Shown one piece after another: positions 1 through 14,405 of a DNA stretch of 64,000 nt. The position numbers and the translations under genes are program-made. Origin of the DNA: the human T2T-CHM13v2.0 reference genome, Homo sapiens; NCBI RefSeq assembly GCF_009914755.1, contig NC_060944.1; one strand, written 5' to 3'. The notes beneath the pieces were generated by a model. It searched no databases and was not told the DNA's origin. It saw only the letters and a program-made list of their open reading frames with translations. Each line of letters begins with the position of its first letter. Position 1 is the first letter of the stretch.

Positions 1-227
1 TAGAGACCACTCATGGCTGCCTTAGGCCCTAGAGGCATGTGGCAATTATGTTTGGCTCCTGGGGCAATCAGGAAGTGAGGTGTCAGGTTCTTGGTTCCCT
101 GGAGTTCCAGTTACTACCCCAAGTTTCTACTTTATTGGAGCTGGAGATGGGTGGGCTTGGGGTACAAGTCCCTTTCTCAGGGCAGCCGTGAGAGTCTAGG
201 TTACTAGACGCCACACAAACATATAGA

Positions 228-300
228 TTAGGTTGAACCATATAAAATTGTCAATTTTTTTTTGTTAAGTCTGGTTCAATAGTAGCAATTTTATACATTG
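228..300 (+). mobile_element. MADE2-like mariner (Hsmar2) MITE remnant
   Basis: Begins TTAGGTTGAACCATATAAAATTG, resembling the Hsmar2/MADE2 TIR. A degenerate inverted copy (GCAATTTTATAC) lies about 60 bp later. Confidence 0.55.
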
Positions 301-367
301 TGAGCTATACATACCAAATTATGATACACATTCCTCAATCTGTTCCTCAACTTTGCAAAGGGTTTTG

Positions 368-687
368 TTTTGTTTTGCTTTGTTTTTTTGTTTTTTTTTT
401 GAGATAGGGTCTTGCTCTGTCACCCAGGCTAGAGTAATGCAGTGGCTCCATCATAGCTCACTGCAGCCTCATCTTCCCAGGCTCAAGTGATCCTTTCACC
501 TCTCAGCTTCCTGAGTAGCTGAGACCACAGACATGCGCTACCACTCCTGGCTAATTTTTGTATTTTTTTGCAGAGACGGAGTTTTGACATGTCGCCCAGC
601 CTGGTCTTGAACTCCTGAGCTTAAGCGATCTGCCAGCCTCGGCCTCCCAAAGTGCTGGGATCACAGGTGTGAACAACCATGCCCAAC
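368..687 (-). mobile_element. AluJ SINE
   Basis: Poly-T/GTTTT tail followed by antisense Alu body with AluJ features (ATAGCTCACTGCAGCCTC, GGCTCAAGTGATCC). TSD TGCAAAGGGTTTTG 354-367 / TGCAAAGGTTTTTG 688-701. Confidence 0.93.
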
Positions 688-701
688 TGCAAAGGTTTTT
701 G

Positions 702-2139
702 TTAGAATTTTTCCAGCAGATTTTATTCTTCCTTGGTAACCTTTACTTGTTTTTGCAAACTAATCAGAAACTTTTGTGCTTGCCTATTTTGAACAAAGTG
801 TTTTAAAACCCCCGACACTCTTCATTTGGAAGATGGTCTAACACGCTAGAAAAGGTCCCAAATTTTTAAAGTGTGAAAATAGCAGCATTTTTATAGGTAA
901 AACACATGATTTTGGGGAAAAAAAAATTCATGTCACATACCCAAACATCTCTTTAAAAAATGTTCTCTTTATAATAGACATTTCTTTGAAAAACAGTGTC
1001 TTTTCCCTCTTTGTTTCAATGTCATATTTACCTTGAGTGGACAGTGAGGCACTTCTTTTAAAAAGAAAATATTTGTTAGATAGCAAAGCAATGACAGCCA
1101 CTTGTCATCACAGAGGAGATCAGCAAATTTGAAACATTTGTCTTTTTGTAAAAGAAAAGTGTATAACACGTCTTTAAGTCTGACAAATCTTTTAAGTACT
1201 TTGCTGTGAGATAACGTACAAATATTCATAGGTCACAAAAAAATTTTAAGTCCCCTTCTATTATGAAGTGTTATAAAAATTCTACTTGATCTTAAAGGTC
1301 CTAATTTTATAAGTTTTCCAACATCATTGACATCCTGTAATCCTTGGTACTTCTGACTGTAACATATTAGCCACAAGAGTGGGCCCAGCATGAGGCAATG
1401 TGTGACATGTGGCATGTGTCATACCATCCTAGCAGCCCTACCCCAAAATTCCTTTTTAATCTTTTAAGAACTTGCATTTATTTAAGGAAATCAGTTGTTA
1501 AGATTATATCTTTCTTTGCACGTCTTTACTATACTGATCTCCTAAAATACTTCTTTGTGGATTATCGGAACCAATCTGGCAAATTCCATAAGCTAAAACT
1601 TGTTAGAAACATCTGTACTTGATCCGTTTACAGTCTTCTGCACTGAATGCTTGCTCAAATGCTTATTTCCTCAGTGGCGTTTTCTGTGAGTATTCCAACA
1701 GTGTTTGCTGATGAAGGGATGTGTTTTCATTTGTTGCCATACTGTTTTCCATGGATTCTTTTAGTCATCTTTTATTGTTGAAGAAAGACAAGTGTTTTTT
1801 CAAAGGTAAGGTAGCTTTCTGTCCACCAATAAATAATTTTTTTGAAATTTTGTAAGGTAGTAAAGTAGTTTCAGTTAAACATCACTGAAAAAAGTCAAGG
1901 TTTGCCTTCTTGTTTTTGATGCTTTTCAAAAAATTGTCTTGCTGAACGTGATGGTTTTATCCAGCCATTCTGAACTGAATTATGACCTACAGAAAGTGAT
2001 TTGAATAATTTTCCTGTATTTCTCTGTATGGCTAGCTAGTACTATTCTAGATGCACAGGGTGAAGCTAATCTCTTACATTCAGTGGATGTCTTAGGTCAT
2101 TAGGACTTAATTTCCTGGAATTTCAGTTGAGAAACTTAC
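702..2139 (-). mobile_element. Old hAT-Charlie DNA transposon, decayed transposase fragment (boundaries approximate)
   Basis: ORF 969-1229(-) LSHSKVLKRFVRLKD..FLLQKDKC.KFADL.CDDKWL..LCYL.NIF resembles the Charlie/Buster RWLSRGKVL..WL..L.YL.DIF region. ORF 1233-1415(-) has a THC (CxxH-like) motif. Many stops and frameshifts. Confidence 0.75.
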
Positions 2140-2524
2140 TGTATTAATCCATTTTCATACTGCTATAAAGAATTGCCTGAGACGGGGTAATTTACAAAGG
2201 AAAGATAGGTTTGATTGACTCACAGTTCAACATGGCTGGGGAGACCTCAGGAAACTTACAATCATGGCAGAAGGTGAAAGGGTAGTAGGCACATTCTTCA
2301 CAAGGTGGCAGGGCAGGATGGAGTGAGTGCAAGCAGGGGAAATGCCAGACACTTATAAAACCATCAGATCTCCTGAGACTCACTCATTATCATCAGAACA
2401 GCATGGGGGAAACCACACCCATGATCCAATTACCTCCACGTGGTCTTATTCTTGACATGCAGGGATTATGGCGATTACAATTCAAGGTGAGATTTGGGTG
2501 GGGACACAGAGCCAAACCATATCA
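2140..2524 (-). mobile_element. MaLR solo LTR (THE1D/MSTA-like)
   Basis: TGTATTAATCCATTTTCATACTGCTATAAAG...GGGACACAGAGCCAAACCATATCA is the antisense of a THE1/MST LTR, about 385 bp. Confidence 0.9.
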
Positions 2525-4234
2525 AGGAATATTTAAGATTTTAAAAAATCACTATCAACCCCTTTGCATCATAGAATTCTCTTCCTTCCTTCAGGATCCC
2601 TGGGGACATGACTAGCACACAGATCCTTTGGCAATGCCATGTCATTCCATACATTAACTCTCGGAAGGCTAAGGTTGCTTTTGGTTAAAAAAATATAAAT
2701 ATGGGCTTAAATATTTAATTTGATAAATATTTTATTTCTGTACCCCCAAAGAAGTGCCTGCCCTATCCCCTGGAGTGTGGACACCTCATTCCAGAGATCA
2801 TAAGTTTAGGGCACAAAGTGTCACTGTTCTTTATCTTTATTATTTACTTATTTATTTGTTTATTGAGTAATCATGCCAGTAAAACTTTTGCATTGAGAAC
2901 TGAGAAATAGTGAAAGGGGGATAAAAATAAAGTCCAGTTTCTATAATAGAAAAAGGCTGGATGCACATAGGATCCCGGGAGTCTGTGGTAGATTATTTTC
3001 TTTGTTGTGCCGCACTGTTGCAGCAGAACCCTACTTATCCTGCAGAGGATGCCCCAGGTAACTTCTTCATCCTAGGTTACAGAATGTAAGTTACACAGAG
3101 CAGAACCAAACTTGCCCTGTAGCGTGGAGCCAACCTCTGCTGAATCCAACAGAGCTACGGCTGACCTGCAGATCCACGAGTAGTATCACAGTAAAATAAT
3201 GGAACATGACAAACTTTTGCACATAAACCTATGAGTGTGCTCAGTGTTGAGTCCAGCATCAAGGACCTTTGCTCTCTCCAATCCTAAGTTGTATGAAGAG
3301 TTCTTCACACAGACACTTACATGCACACACATTCTCTGAGCAGGTCTGCTCAGAATTGCCTGGCTGTGACTTTGTTCTCAAAATATGTTGGTGTTTGGCA
3401 GCTATGTCAGACTATCAGCCAGTCCCTAAATACACCTTATTATTTCTCGTCATTTATGTCTCTGGGATGAAAAATATATCAGCCTGGTTGGTAAGAACAG
3501 AGTCGCTAAATGTGTTAAAGAAATAAAGGGTTTCATACAGGATTGGGGCTTACCCAAACATGGGAGGGGCTGGGAGAGTCATGGTCTGAAGGCTGCAGTT
3601 AAAGGGTAGGAGAAACAGTCACCTACAACTCAGAACTGGAAAGACTGGAACTCTTGGGCGTGCCTGAGAAGCTGCTGTGACTGCCTGCCAGAGTGGGAGT
3701 GCCCAGTGAGGTTTGCTAAACCACATGCTCCCTAAAACTGCGGTGTGAGCCAACATGACCTCCCAAGAGCTTTCCTCCTGCCTTCCCACCACAGGCTTCT
3801 CATTGGTAATAAGATTCATGTTCAAACCTGGAACCTCTCAGGGAAAGGAGTGCTAGGAAGTGGCTCCAAGTCTCAGATGGGACTCCTGGGGGTGCCACGT
3901 TGATAACAGGTGATTCAGCAGAAGGACTGACATTTGTGTGTGTTTACCAATCTAGGGCTTTACGTACCTGAGTCTGTTTGACTCCTGCAACAATGTTGAG
4001 GAGTAAGAGCTCCTCCAGGTACACAGCTGCTAAGTGGACAAGACAGGACATGGTCTTCCTGCTTAGTTCCTTCCTGACCACGTGGCATTGCTAGGGGTTA
4101 TCCATCTGTTTCCTCCTCTAGACTTCAGGTTCCTTGGAGAGGGGATCTCTCTTATGCATCTTTGTATCTTCAATGAAGTAGAATTTTTGTACACCTTAGT
4201 ATAGCATCTGCATATGAAAAGAATTCAATACTTC

Positions 4235-4545
4235 TTTTTTTTTTTTTTTTTTTTATAGACAAGGTCTCATTCTGTTGCCTAGGCTGGATGGAGTACAGTG
4301 GTGCAACCATAGCTCACTGCAGCCTCAAACTCCTGGACTCAATGGGGTCCTCCCACCTCAGCATCCTGAGTAGCTGGGCCTACAGGTGTGTGCCACCCTG
4401 CCTGGCTAATTTAATTTTTTCTTTTTTTAGAGATGGGGTCTCTCTATGTTGCCCAGGCTGGTATTGAACTCCTGGCCTCAAGTGATCCTCTCACCTCAGC
4501 TTCCCAAAGTGCTGGAATTACGGGTGTGAGCCACTGCACTCAGCC
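4235..4545 (-). mobile_element. AluJ SINE inserted in an L2 3' end
   Basis: Antisense Alu with AluJ diagnostics. TSD AGAATTCAATA 4220-4230 / AGAATTTAATA 4546-4556. Confidence 0.93.
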
Positions 4546-5974
4546 AGAATTTAATAAATTTTTTTAAAATTGAAGTGTTTAGATCTAGAAACAAAGAGCC
4601 AAGAAGATGCTCACCAATACATATCTTTCTTCTTGTCATTTAGGTTATATGTATTTTGAAACAGGAAATCTCGCCATCCTCACCAAAGCCATTTCCTTGA
4701 GAGGATTTTATCTGGTTTGTCTCCTTGACTCCAGGCAGGGCTCCATTCCAACCAGATGGAAGGTAATCTTTTATTTAATTTATCTTCTAATTATTTAGTT
4801 AATTTAAAGATTTTTTGCTCTCTCTCCTGAAGTTGCTCAGGAATATGAAGAAAAGGGAGGGAGGCCAGACCAGGCCATTCTCAAACAGCATAGAACTTCC
4901 CAGTGACTGGATGAAAGATTTGCATTTCAGAACAGCAGCTGTTAGCTTGGTTGCTGGAATTTGCTTTCCCTCTCAACCCCCCAGCCAGCCTGTATCTCTC
5001 AGCTTCTAAAAATATAATCTTATTCTTGCTCTCTTTTCAACTTGAAATGGACATAGAATGCAGACATCTCACATCATTTACACCCAGAAGGCTGTCAGCA
5101 GCAGCGCTCAGGGAGTGAGAGTGTTTAATCTCGAGGAGGAAATAGAATGTATACACACCCTGCAAACTGAGATGTTTTACGTTGGCTCTGGCTCCTACCG
5201 CCCCCCATGTGTGGCAGCAGCTACCAAGACTCTACTGTGAATCCCCATGACTGGTAAGTCCTGTTGATCAGAACGATCGCGAATGTTTTCCTGCTCCGTA
5301 GACACGGGGCCCAGCCAGGCCACCCAGTCATCATTAACTGGGCTGCTGGTCCAGCCCTGTTTGCTGACTCTACCAGGGGTAACTATTTCATGACAAGTTT
5401 ATAGGAGGGAGAAATCAAAAGTACAACCTTACTTTTTGCTGGTCTCTTCCATCCTCTGCTGGCCTCATGTGACCTCCCGAACATGGCACAGTCATCACCA
5501 GCTCCCGTTGGTCCCTGGGGTGGTTTGGCCGCAGTTACATTGGCACAGTCATTGGAAAAATCATTTCTGTACATCGCATCACTGGTGCATCTGGGCTTCT
5601 GCCTGAAGCACATGTCAGGAGGAATTGTTGGCAACCCTGAGGGCAAGGACGCATCTGCCTTGGGCTCCAGGGGTGGTGTGGCTTGCTGGAGTGGGAGGTG
5701 CGCAGCCCAGCAGGGTCAGACATTTCAGTATGCCACCCCACCCACCACACCCTACTCAGAGTGCAGGCCCCTGCGGCAAAAGCCTGTGCATGTGCTTTTC
5801 TCTCACGGCCCTCAAGAGAGGCCAAAGCTTGTGTTACTCTCACTTGCATCCTCTGATGACCTAAAGAGGGGAGAGAGGTCATTTTCATGGGGCCAATTCT
5901 ATTCTCTTTTTCTCTTCTCCCTTCTCCTCTTCTTCCTCTTTTTCCCCATGACATATGTATTAAAAAGTCCACAG

Positions 5975-6597
5975 ACTCTGGTGTACTTCTGGTGGGAATA
6001 TAATTAATATGACCATTGTGATATACTGTTAGTAACATCTCATAAAGCCAAATATATATGGATACAGTATGACCCAGCAATCTCACTCCTAGAAATAAAC
6101 CCAATAGAAATGCATGCAATAGTGCATCAAAAGGCATGCACTAGAATGGTCTTAGCAGCATTATTCATAGTAGCCCCAAACTGGAAATAATACAAACGTC
6201 CATCCACAGTAGAATTGCTGAACAATTTGTGCTATACTTACTACAGCAATGAGAATGAACAAAATGAACAACCTGCAGCAACATGAATGGACCTCACAAG
6301 GATAATGTTGAACATAAGAAGCCAGGCACAAAAGAGTGCATATTTTTGTGTCTGACTCCATTACATGAAGTTCAAGAAGAAGAAACATTAATGTATGGTT
6401 TTGGAAGGCAGGATGTGGGGAGGTAGTTGGGGCATGAGGAGGTTTTGGGGGTACAGGGTGGTGGCAGTGTTTTGCTTCTGGTTCTGGGGGATGGCTAAGT
6501 GTGTGTTCATTTCATGTAAGTTCATATGCATTTGTGCAATTGCCTGTAAAGTTGTCATACTTCAATAATATTAAAAATATGAAAAATAAAAATATAA
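5975..6597 (+). mobile_element. Old L1M (L1MD/L1ME-type) ORF2 end and 3' UTR
   Basis: GACCCAGCAATCTCACTCCTAG..., CAGCATTATTCATAGTAGCCCCAAACTGGAA..., AACATGAATGGACCTCACAAG, and an A-rich end. Confidence 0.8.
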
Positions 6598-8734
6598 AGC
6601 CCATATGGGAGAGCACACTTCTCTGCATTTTTTTTGCACTTTGGCGATGAGCTGACAGAGGGGTTGTTAACAAGCACCCTACTTGCTCACTGTGCTTGGT
6701 AGGATCCTCAACCTAGCGAGTCCCACCCCATTCCCCGGTCCCCAATCTCAAGCTCAAATCCCACACTTCCCCCTTCTCTCTAATCACACCACCAGCCCCT
6801 TCTCCTACTTTCCCTCCCTCCCAGCATCCGTAAGGCTCGACTCATGGCTCTAACTGCTGTGCCCTGCAGTGCGGGGGCCTTAACAGGGCTAGCCTTACAT
6901 TCCAGCTGCTCGTGGTGCATACTGAGGGACTCAAAGCAAGACTGCCTTCTCTCCGTTTCTCTGCGGTATCTGCAACCTCCATATTGCTTAGTTCTTTAAG
7001 ATTATGACATTATATATTCCTACTTAAATGTTAAAATGGAAGTAGCATGCTAATACTATCTTCAAATCCGTCCATCAGCCCAACTTCGCATTCAGGTTCC
7101 CTGTGAGCGAGAGAACCTTCCGTCAATACCCGCTTGAAAGTGGCCATCGGACTTTTGACCTTCAAGTTTTGAAGAATGGTCTGAACATTTTATTTTCCTT
7201 TTGTGTTTAATAATTGTATACTGTCCTTTCTTGACATAAAGTTGTGGCTATCAGAGATATTTTTAATCCAGTGATTTTTCAAACTGCTTTTGTTATCTGC
7301 TAAAGCCCTTCTTTTAACACTGTCTAAATGAGAATAGACGCTTATGAGAGATTAGAGCAAAGTTGTTGGGCAGTGGGGGAGGGGACTTCCAGGGCCCTCT
7401 CAGCTCCTTCCCAGTGTCCCCACACAGGTCAGTATGGGGGCCCACAGGGCCTCAGGTTGGAGCATCAGGTAACTTGCTCAATCTCTTTATTTTACAGTCT
7501 CTGCTCCAGGTCACCCTGGCCACACTCCAGAGCCAGGCAGAGACTCTCCCTCCAAAACCAGGGCTCTTTCCTCTCTGTTTCAGAAGGAATTCTGGCTTTC
7601 CGTCTCACCTCAACATTTGCAATTAGCATCCCCTTCTCTGCTTCCTCATGAGATTTCCCCTCACATTGTGCACATTTTGATTTGGGTGTGTGCTTGCATT
7701 CTGATGATTGGAAGTCCAACTTCTTAGACACTTGTAATCCCTGATTTAGGCCTGCAGGTTTGTGCTAGCAGAAGTTGCTGGAAAATGAGTCTGGGTCCTG
7801 GGGCTTTCCCCAGGGAATCTGAGACTTGGCTTCCAGGTTAAGGGAGCATGGAGTGGGTTCTGCACAGAGAGACGACCAAGGGCCAACTGAGCTTGGAATC
7901 TGGAAGAGTCCTTCAGCTGGTCATTTGCTGAAGTAGTTGCATATGAGTTTGTTGAATTTGGTGGACACAATCAATCACTGAACACACTATTTAATGCTTT
8001 AGAATGGTGTGTATGTGTGTATGTTGCATATGAATTGCCAAAGCCACACTAGTCAGAGACTCTAGGAACACACTTATCAAGCAAGGTTAGGTTCATTTAA
8101 CTTTCTGCAGAAGAGGAAAGCACACACCAGGGGAATCGGGTATCTCAGAAACAGGACACTGGGATGGGGCTTCTGATAGGGTGTGGGCTTGTTGGGTGAT
8201 TCTAAGGAGGGTTTGGGGAAGTGGAGGCTACTTCTGGGTTGGGTCTTATTAGAAAGCAGAAACAGTTCTGTTGTTGAGTATCTTCGTAATTGTTATCTAG
8301 GAAGCTGGAGGATTAAAATGGGGCTAAAGTTATCACTTGGTAAAGAAACAGAAGCTAATTATTAGTTAATTTTGTGGTTGCAGTGTGCCCTTGCCTCTAA
8401 TTAGGTTTAGACATAATTATAGAGGGCTCTTGTTTCTGTCTTGTTTCATCCTGGTCACTGAGTGTCCTTGTCTGAATGCCTGTATTCTGTGAAAGTTGTT
8501 TAAACTCAGTAGGCAGCACTACAGGCTGCTTGCTGTTTGAGGTCAGCTGTCATGGCTGTTTGTTAACCACACACACTCATGTTTATATTATATGAGATAT
8601 TTATATTATATCCATATCCATATTCATATTTGTGCAATGTGAACATATTACTAAATGATATAGTATATTTGCAAGTATCCAGCATGTGTGTCTGGCATAT
8701 ACAATCTGGAGAGACAATCTCACATCAAGTTTAC

Positions 8735-8900
8735 TAGCATGAGCTTTGGAATCAGACAGACCTGGGGTTCTAATCCCTTAAGTAGATTTCTTCATCTAAG
8801 TTTCAATTCTCTCATCCATAAAATGGGGATGGTAATACTGATGATATATGTCTACCACGAGAAGTGAATGGATGTATGCATGCAAAATGATAAGCACAAT
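8735..8900 (+). mobile_element. MIR SINE
   Basis: GCTTTGGAATCAGACAGACCTGGGGTTC and core TTCTCTCATCCATAAAATGGGGATGGTAATA. Confidence 0.7.
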
Positions 8901-9657
8901 GAGCACACATGTGGGTTAATCCCTTTGGTCCCCACAGCCATCCTGAGATAGGGACTAGGATGACATGGCCAGGATTTGTGGCCGAGCGTTCTGATGCCTG
9001 AGCCCGGCTGTGACAGTTGTACTCTGCTTCCTGGTACTTGGCAGATACTCCAGAGATGGTCACTGAATGTCAGTGCACTTGGGGAGATTGCATATATGAG
9101 TACTTCATCAAAGCCAGTTGCAACTTACCAGCAGGAAGAAATCAGCACTTCCACTGTTGGTGTCAGTGAGATGTGCAGGACAAGCAAGCCTGGCTTACTG
9201 ACGGACAGTGGAGAACACTGGGGCCTATGACTGAGGCAGGAATGTTGCTTATCCACCTGCTCTGACACTGTTTCTTCTCAGAGAGACTGCTCCCGTGGGC
9301 AATGGAGTCACATGACCCAAACTGGCCACTCAGAGTCCCTTTCCAGCAACTTGGCTTTGGTTGGTCTCTGTTGGGTGTTGACTGGAGCTGCCATGAGGGA
9401 TGAGGCTGAACTCTTCCCACCAAGTGCTTAGAGGAGATGAGACCTGTACTCAGTGACAGAGGATGCAAATGAGCAGAGAAGGAGAAATGAGAAGTCATTA
9501 GCCTCTGGAAGAGTTTTGGCCAAAGAGTTAGGGAGAAATTTGTCTCTTTCATTCCCCACTAAGGCAAAGGAAGGCGGTGATTGGCTGTCACTTAGAACCC
9601 ATGAGCAAACAAGCATGATTTCTAGACTAGAAAGGACAAGACAGGAGATCTGTAGAC

Positions 9658-10216
<559 letters not shown>

Positions 10217-11029
10217 TTAACACATGTGTGGAGGTGGTCCTCTACGTATGTGCCTTGCTTTGGAGCATAGTTCACAGTTAAGGCTGTTTAGTCCGTCTTC
10301 TTGCTCTGAGGATGAAAAGCCATGACAAGTGGCTGTGAGAAGCTGCAGGCCTCAACAGGGGACTACTCTGCGGGTTCCCAACCACACCTGGGTTCTTTGT
10401 GGGTTTTCCTATCCAATCCTAGACCCTAAGAGACCTGAAGATATCATGTCTCCAGGCTTATGACAGAACCTGGGAGCTGCCCTTTAGGGCTGTTCCATGT
10501 CTAACAAAGGTATGGACAAAGCTGAAGATGCCTGAGGAAAATGGTCTTAGCTTTGATTTGCTGCAAGAAGTTTTACAAAGTACGCTGTGTCAGCCCTGGG
10601 GTTTCTGGAATTAGGAAGCAGGCACAGAAAGAAACGGAGTTTACTAGCTAGCTGGGAAACCAAAGTGACCTTCTTGTTGGCTTTGGGAAGTTATGGGTTA
10701 CTGATAGAAATAACCCTGTTTTCACTTTTCCCTACCAAGTTTCCCAGTGTCTTGGGCTTATTTAGGTTCCTTAAGGGATTCTCAAGGCCACCTCAGACTT
10801 TCCACCTTATGACCTGTCCAACCCAGTGGCCCTTCTCCCTCTAAAAACTTCAGGCTGAGCAGCCACACACACAGAATCACTGTTTTTCTGCCTAAACCTC
10901 CATCTCTTGGTTAACCAAGCACAATGCACCAAACAGCATTATTTTACAGCTAAACAAATTAGTACAATTTTAGCTAATTTAATTTTTAAAAAGGCATTCG
11001 TTTAATCCTTTTTGTGAAAACCAAAGTGT

Positions 11030-11614
11030 CACCATTTATATTAACACCAAAAAAAGTTCTTAGGTAAGGCATAAAGTGAATAAAATTTGCAAAAGATCTA
11101 TACATATCTATGCAGAAAACTACAAAACTTTTGAAAGAAAGCAAAGAAGATCTATTATTGATAATGGAAGGATGTTCTGTGTTCAGGTATTACAAGATTC
11201 AGTATTGTTAAGATGTGTGCTTTTCTCAACTTGATCTACAGGTTTAATGCAATTCCAACGAAAATCCCAGTAAGGTATTTTGTGGGTGTTGACAAATTGA
11301 TTCTAAAGTTTACATGGAAAGGCAAAGGAACCAATACAGCCAATACGATAATGAACAAGAAGAACAAAGTTGGAGGACTGACATTACCCAACTTCAAGGC
11401 TTACTATAGTAATCAAGACAGAAATTAAATGATCAAGACGGTGTAGTATTGGTGAAGGAATAGATACATAGGCCAATGGAACATAATAGAAAGCCCAGAA
11501 ATAGACCCACACAAATATACTCAACTAATATTTGACAATGGAGCAAGAGCAATTCAATGGAGCAAAGATAGTCTTTTTCATAAATGATGCTGGAACAATT
11601 GAGGGTCCAGAAGC

Positions 11615-11646
<32 letters not shown>

Positions 11647-12249
11647 GCACAGATCTTAACCCTTTCATAAAAATTAACTCAAAATGGATCATAGACCTCA
11701 ATGTAAAGCACAAACCTGCAAACATGCAGGACAAACCACAGGAGAAATCAAAGTGACCTTGGGTGGAGTGATGAGCTTTTAGACAAAATACTAAAAGCAT
11801 GAATCTATGAAAGAAAACGCTTATTTAAATTTGACTTTATTAAAATAAAAAACTTTTGCACTGCAGAAGACATTGTTAAGAGAATGAAAAGACAAGTCAC
11901 AGACTGGGAGAAAATATTTGCCAGACAAATATCTGGTAATGGACTTATATCTGAAATATAAAAAGAACTCTTAAAACTCAACAACGACAACAACAAAAAC
12001 TCATGTGGGTCCATCTGGAAATTGGGATTTTTGTCCAATTTAAATAAGCAAAAGATCTGAATAGATCCCTCATCAAAGAAGATGTACAGATGGCAAATAA
12101 GCATATGAAAAAATATTCAACATCATATGCCATTAGGGAATTGCAAATTAAAACAACAATGAGATACCACTACATATATATTGGAATAGCCAAAGTCCAG
12201 AAATCTGACAATACTAAATGCCAGTGTTGATGTGAAGCAAAAACTCTCA
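11030..12249 (+). mobile_element. Old L1M (L1MB/MC-type) ORF2 3' region, left part of host element
   Basis: ORFs 11213-11428 ([12 protein letters not shown]...DKLILKF.WK) and 11532-11756 (KINSKWIIDLNVK) are L1 ORF2-like. The element resumes at 18483. Confidence 0.88.
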
Positions 12250-13338
12250 GAGGATCAGGGTAAGATGGCAGATAGGAGGCAGGACTAGCTTGCAGCTCCT
12301 ACTTGGATGAACAGAGCAGCGCATGGAGACTCACATCATGAACTTCTGCTCTAAGAACTGCTGCAGGAACATACCAGGAAAGCCGAGAGAATCCACAGAC
12401 CCTTTGATGGCACTGGATCACTACTGCAGCCTCCCTGAGATGCTGAAAAACTGCCAAATCAGCTTGCTTTCTCAACAGGGTGGCTCATGGTCTGGGACAA
12501 GTTCTCAGCCCTGGTCACTGGCTGCCTGAAAATACACACAGTGCTGTTGCGGGGGGCACAGTGGAAGTGAGACCGACCTTTAGAACTGCCGGCTGCATGG
12601 GAGCTGGATGAGGCCAGTGATTGCTAGCTTTCTTCCACTTCCCTGGTGGCCTGTGTGACTCAATAGAGGCAGCCATAATCACCCTGGGAACATAACTCCA
12701 TTGGACTGAGAACCACACCCCCATTCCCCAATAGCAGCCGCAACAAGCCATTCCCAAGGAGAGGCTGAGCTCAGACACGCCTAATCCTACCCCCACCTGG
12801 TGGTCTTTCTTTACCTGCCCTGGTAGCTGAAGATGAAGTTCATAATCTCTTGGGTGCTCTATGGCCCTGCTCACTAGCTAAGAATCCTGAATACTTAACC
12901 AGCTGTCCCTTGGGCAAGTTTGCATCCTCCCTATAGGACCACAGCTAATGTGCACTTGAAAGCGCCACCTCCTGGCTGGAGGCCAAACAACATAAAACCA
13001 GCACACTAAAAAACACAACCAAGGACCATCACAGAGTCCATTTCACTCCCCTGCTACCTCCACCACAGCAGGTGCTGGTACCCATGGCTGAAAGACCTGA
13101 AGATGTATCACATCACAGGAGTATTTACAGACACTCCCCCGTACCAGCCTGGAGCCTGGTAGCCTACTGGGTGGCTAGACCCAGAAGGGCAAAAACAATC
13201 ACTACAGTTCAGCTCCCAGGAAGCCCCATTCCCAGGGAAAGGAGGAGAATACCACATCAAGGGAGGACCCCATGGAACAAAATAATCTGAACAGCAGCTC
13301 TTGAATCCCAGGTCTTCCCTGTGACATAGTCTACCCAA

Positions 13339-14330
13339 ATGAGAAGGAACCAGAAAAACAATTCTGGTAATATGACAAAACAAGGTTTTTTAATACATCC
13401 AAAAGATCAAACCAGCCCACCAGCAATGGATCCAAACCAAAACAAAAATATCTGAATTGCAAGAAAAAGAATTCAGAAGGTCAATTATTAAGCTAATCCA
13501 GGAGGCACCAGAGAAGGGGGAAGTCCAACTTAAAGAAATCAAAAATAGGATACAGGATATTAAAAAAAATTTTCAGTGAAATAGCATAAATAAAAAACAA
13601 TCACAACTTGTGGAACTCAAGAGCACACTTAGAGAAATGCAAAATGCACTGGCAAGTCTTAGCAAAAGAACCAAATAAGCAGAAGAAAGAACTTCAGAGC
13701 TTGAAGGCAAGGCTTTTGAATTAACCCAATCCAATAAAGACAAAGAAAAAAGAATAAAAAAATGAACAAAGCCTCCAAGAAGTTTGAGACTATAGTAAAT
13801 GTCCAAACCTAAGAATAATTGTTGTTCCTGAGAAAGAAGAGAAATCTAAAAGTTTGGAAAATATATTTGGGGGAATAATCAAGGAAAACTTCCCCAGCCT
13901 TGCTAAAGATCTAGACACCCAAATACAAGAAGCTCAAAGAACACCTGGGAAATTCACTGCAAAAAGATAATCACCTAGGTGCATAATTATCAGGTTATCT
14001 AAAGTCAAGATGAAGGAAAGAAAAGAGCTGTAAGGCAAAATCATCAGGTATCCTATAAAGGAAAACCTATCAGATTAACAGCAGATTTCTCAGCAGAAAC
14101 CCTACAAGCTAGAAAAGATTGGGGTTCTATTTTTAGCCTCCTTAAAACAATTATCAGCCAAGAATTTTGTATCCAGCAAAAATAAGCTTCATAAATGAAG
14201 GAAAGATACAGTCTTCTCCAGACAAATGCTGAGAGAATTCACTACTACCAAGCCAGCACTACAAGAACTGCTAAAATGAGCTCTAAATCTTAAAACAAAG
14301 CTTTGAAATACACCAAAATAGAACTTCCTT
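13339..14330 (+). pseudogene. L1 ORF1p relic (multiple stops and frameshifts)
   Basis: Starts ATGAGAAGGAACCAGAAAAACAATTCTGG. Contains PNLRII, ENFP.LA and RLTADFSAETLQA motifs in broken frames. End approximate. Confidence 0.8.
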
Positions 14331-14405
14331 AAAGCATAAATCTCAAGGACCTATATAACAATAACAATGAAAAAAACACAAGGTATTCAGGCAACAAATA
14401 GTACA

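Noticed and set aside
5383-6137. Overlapping 174-aa and 200-aa ORFs on opposite strands
   Set aside because: No homology recognised, and both run into low-complexity or L1M sequence.
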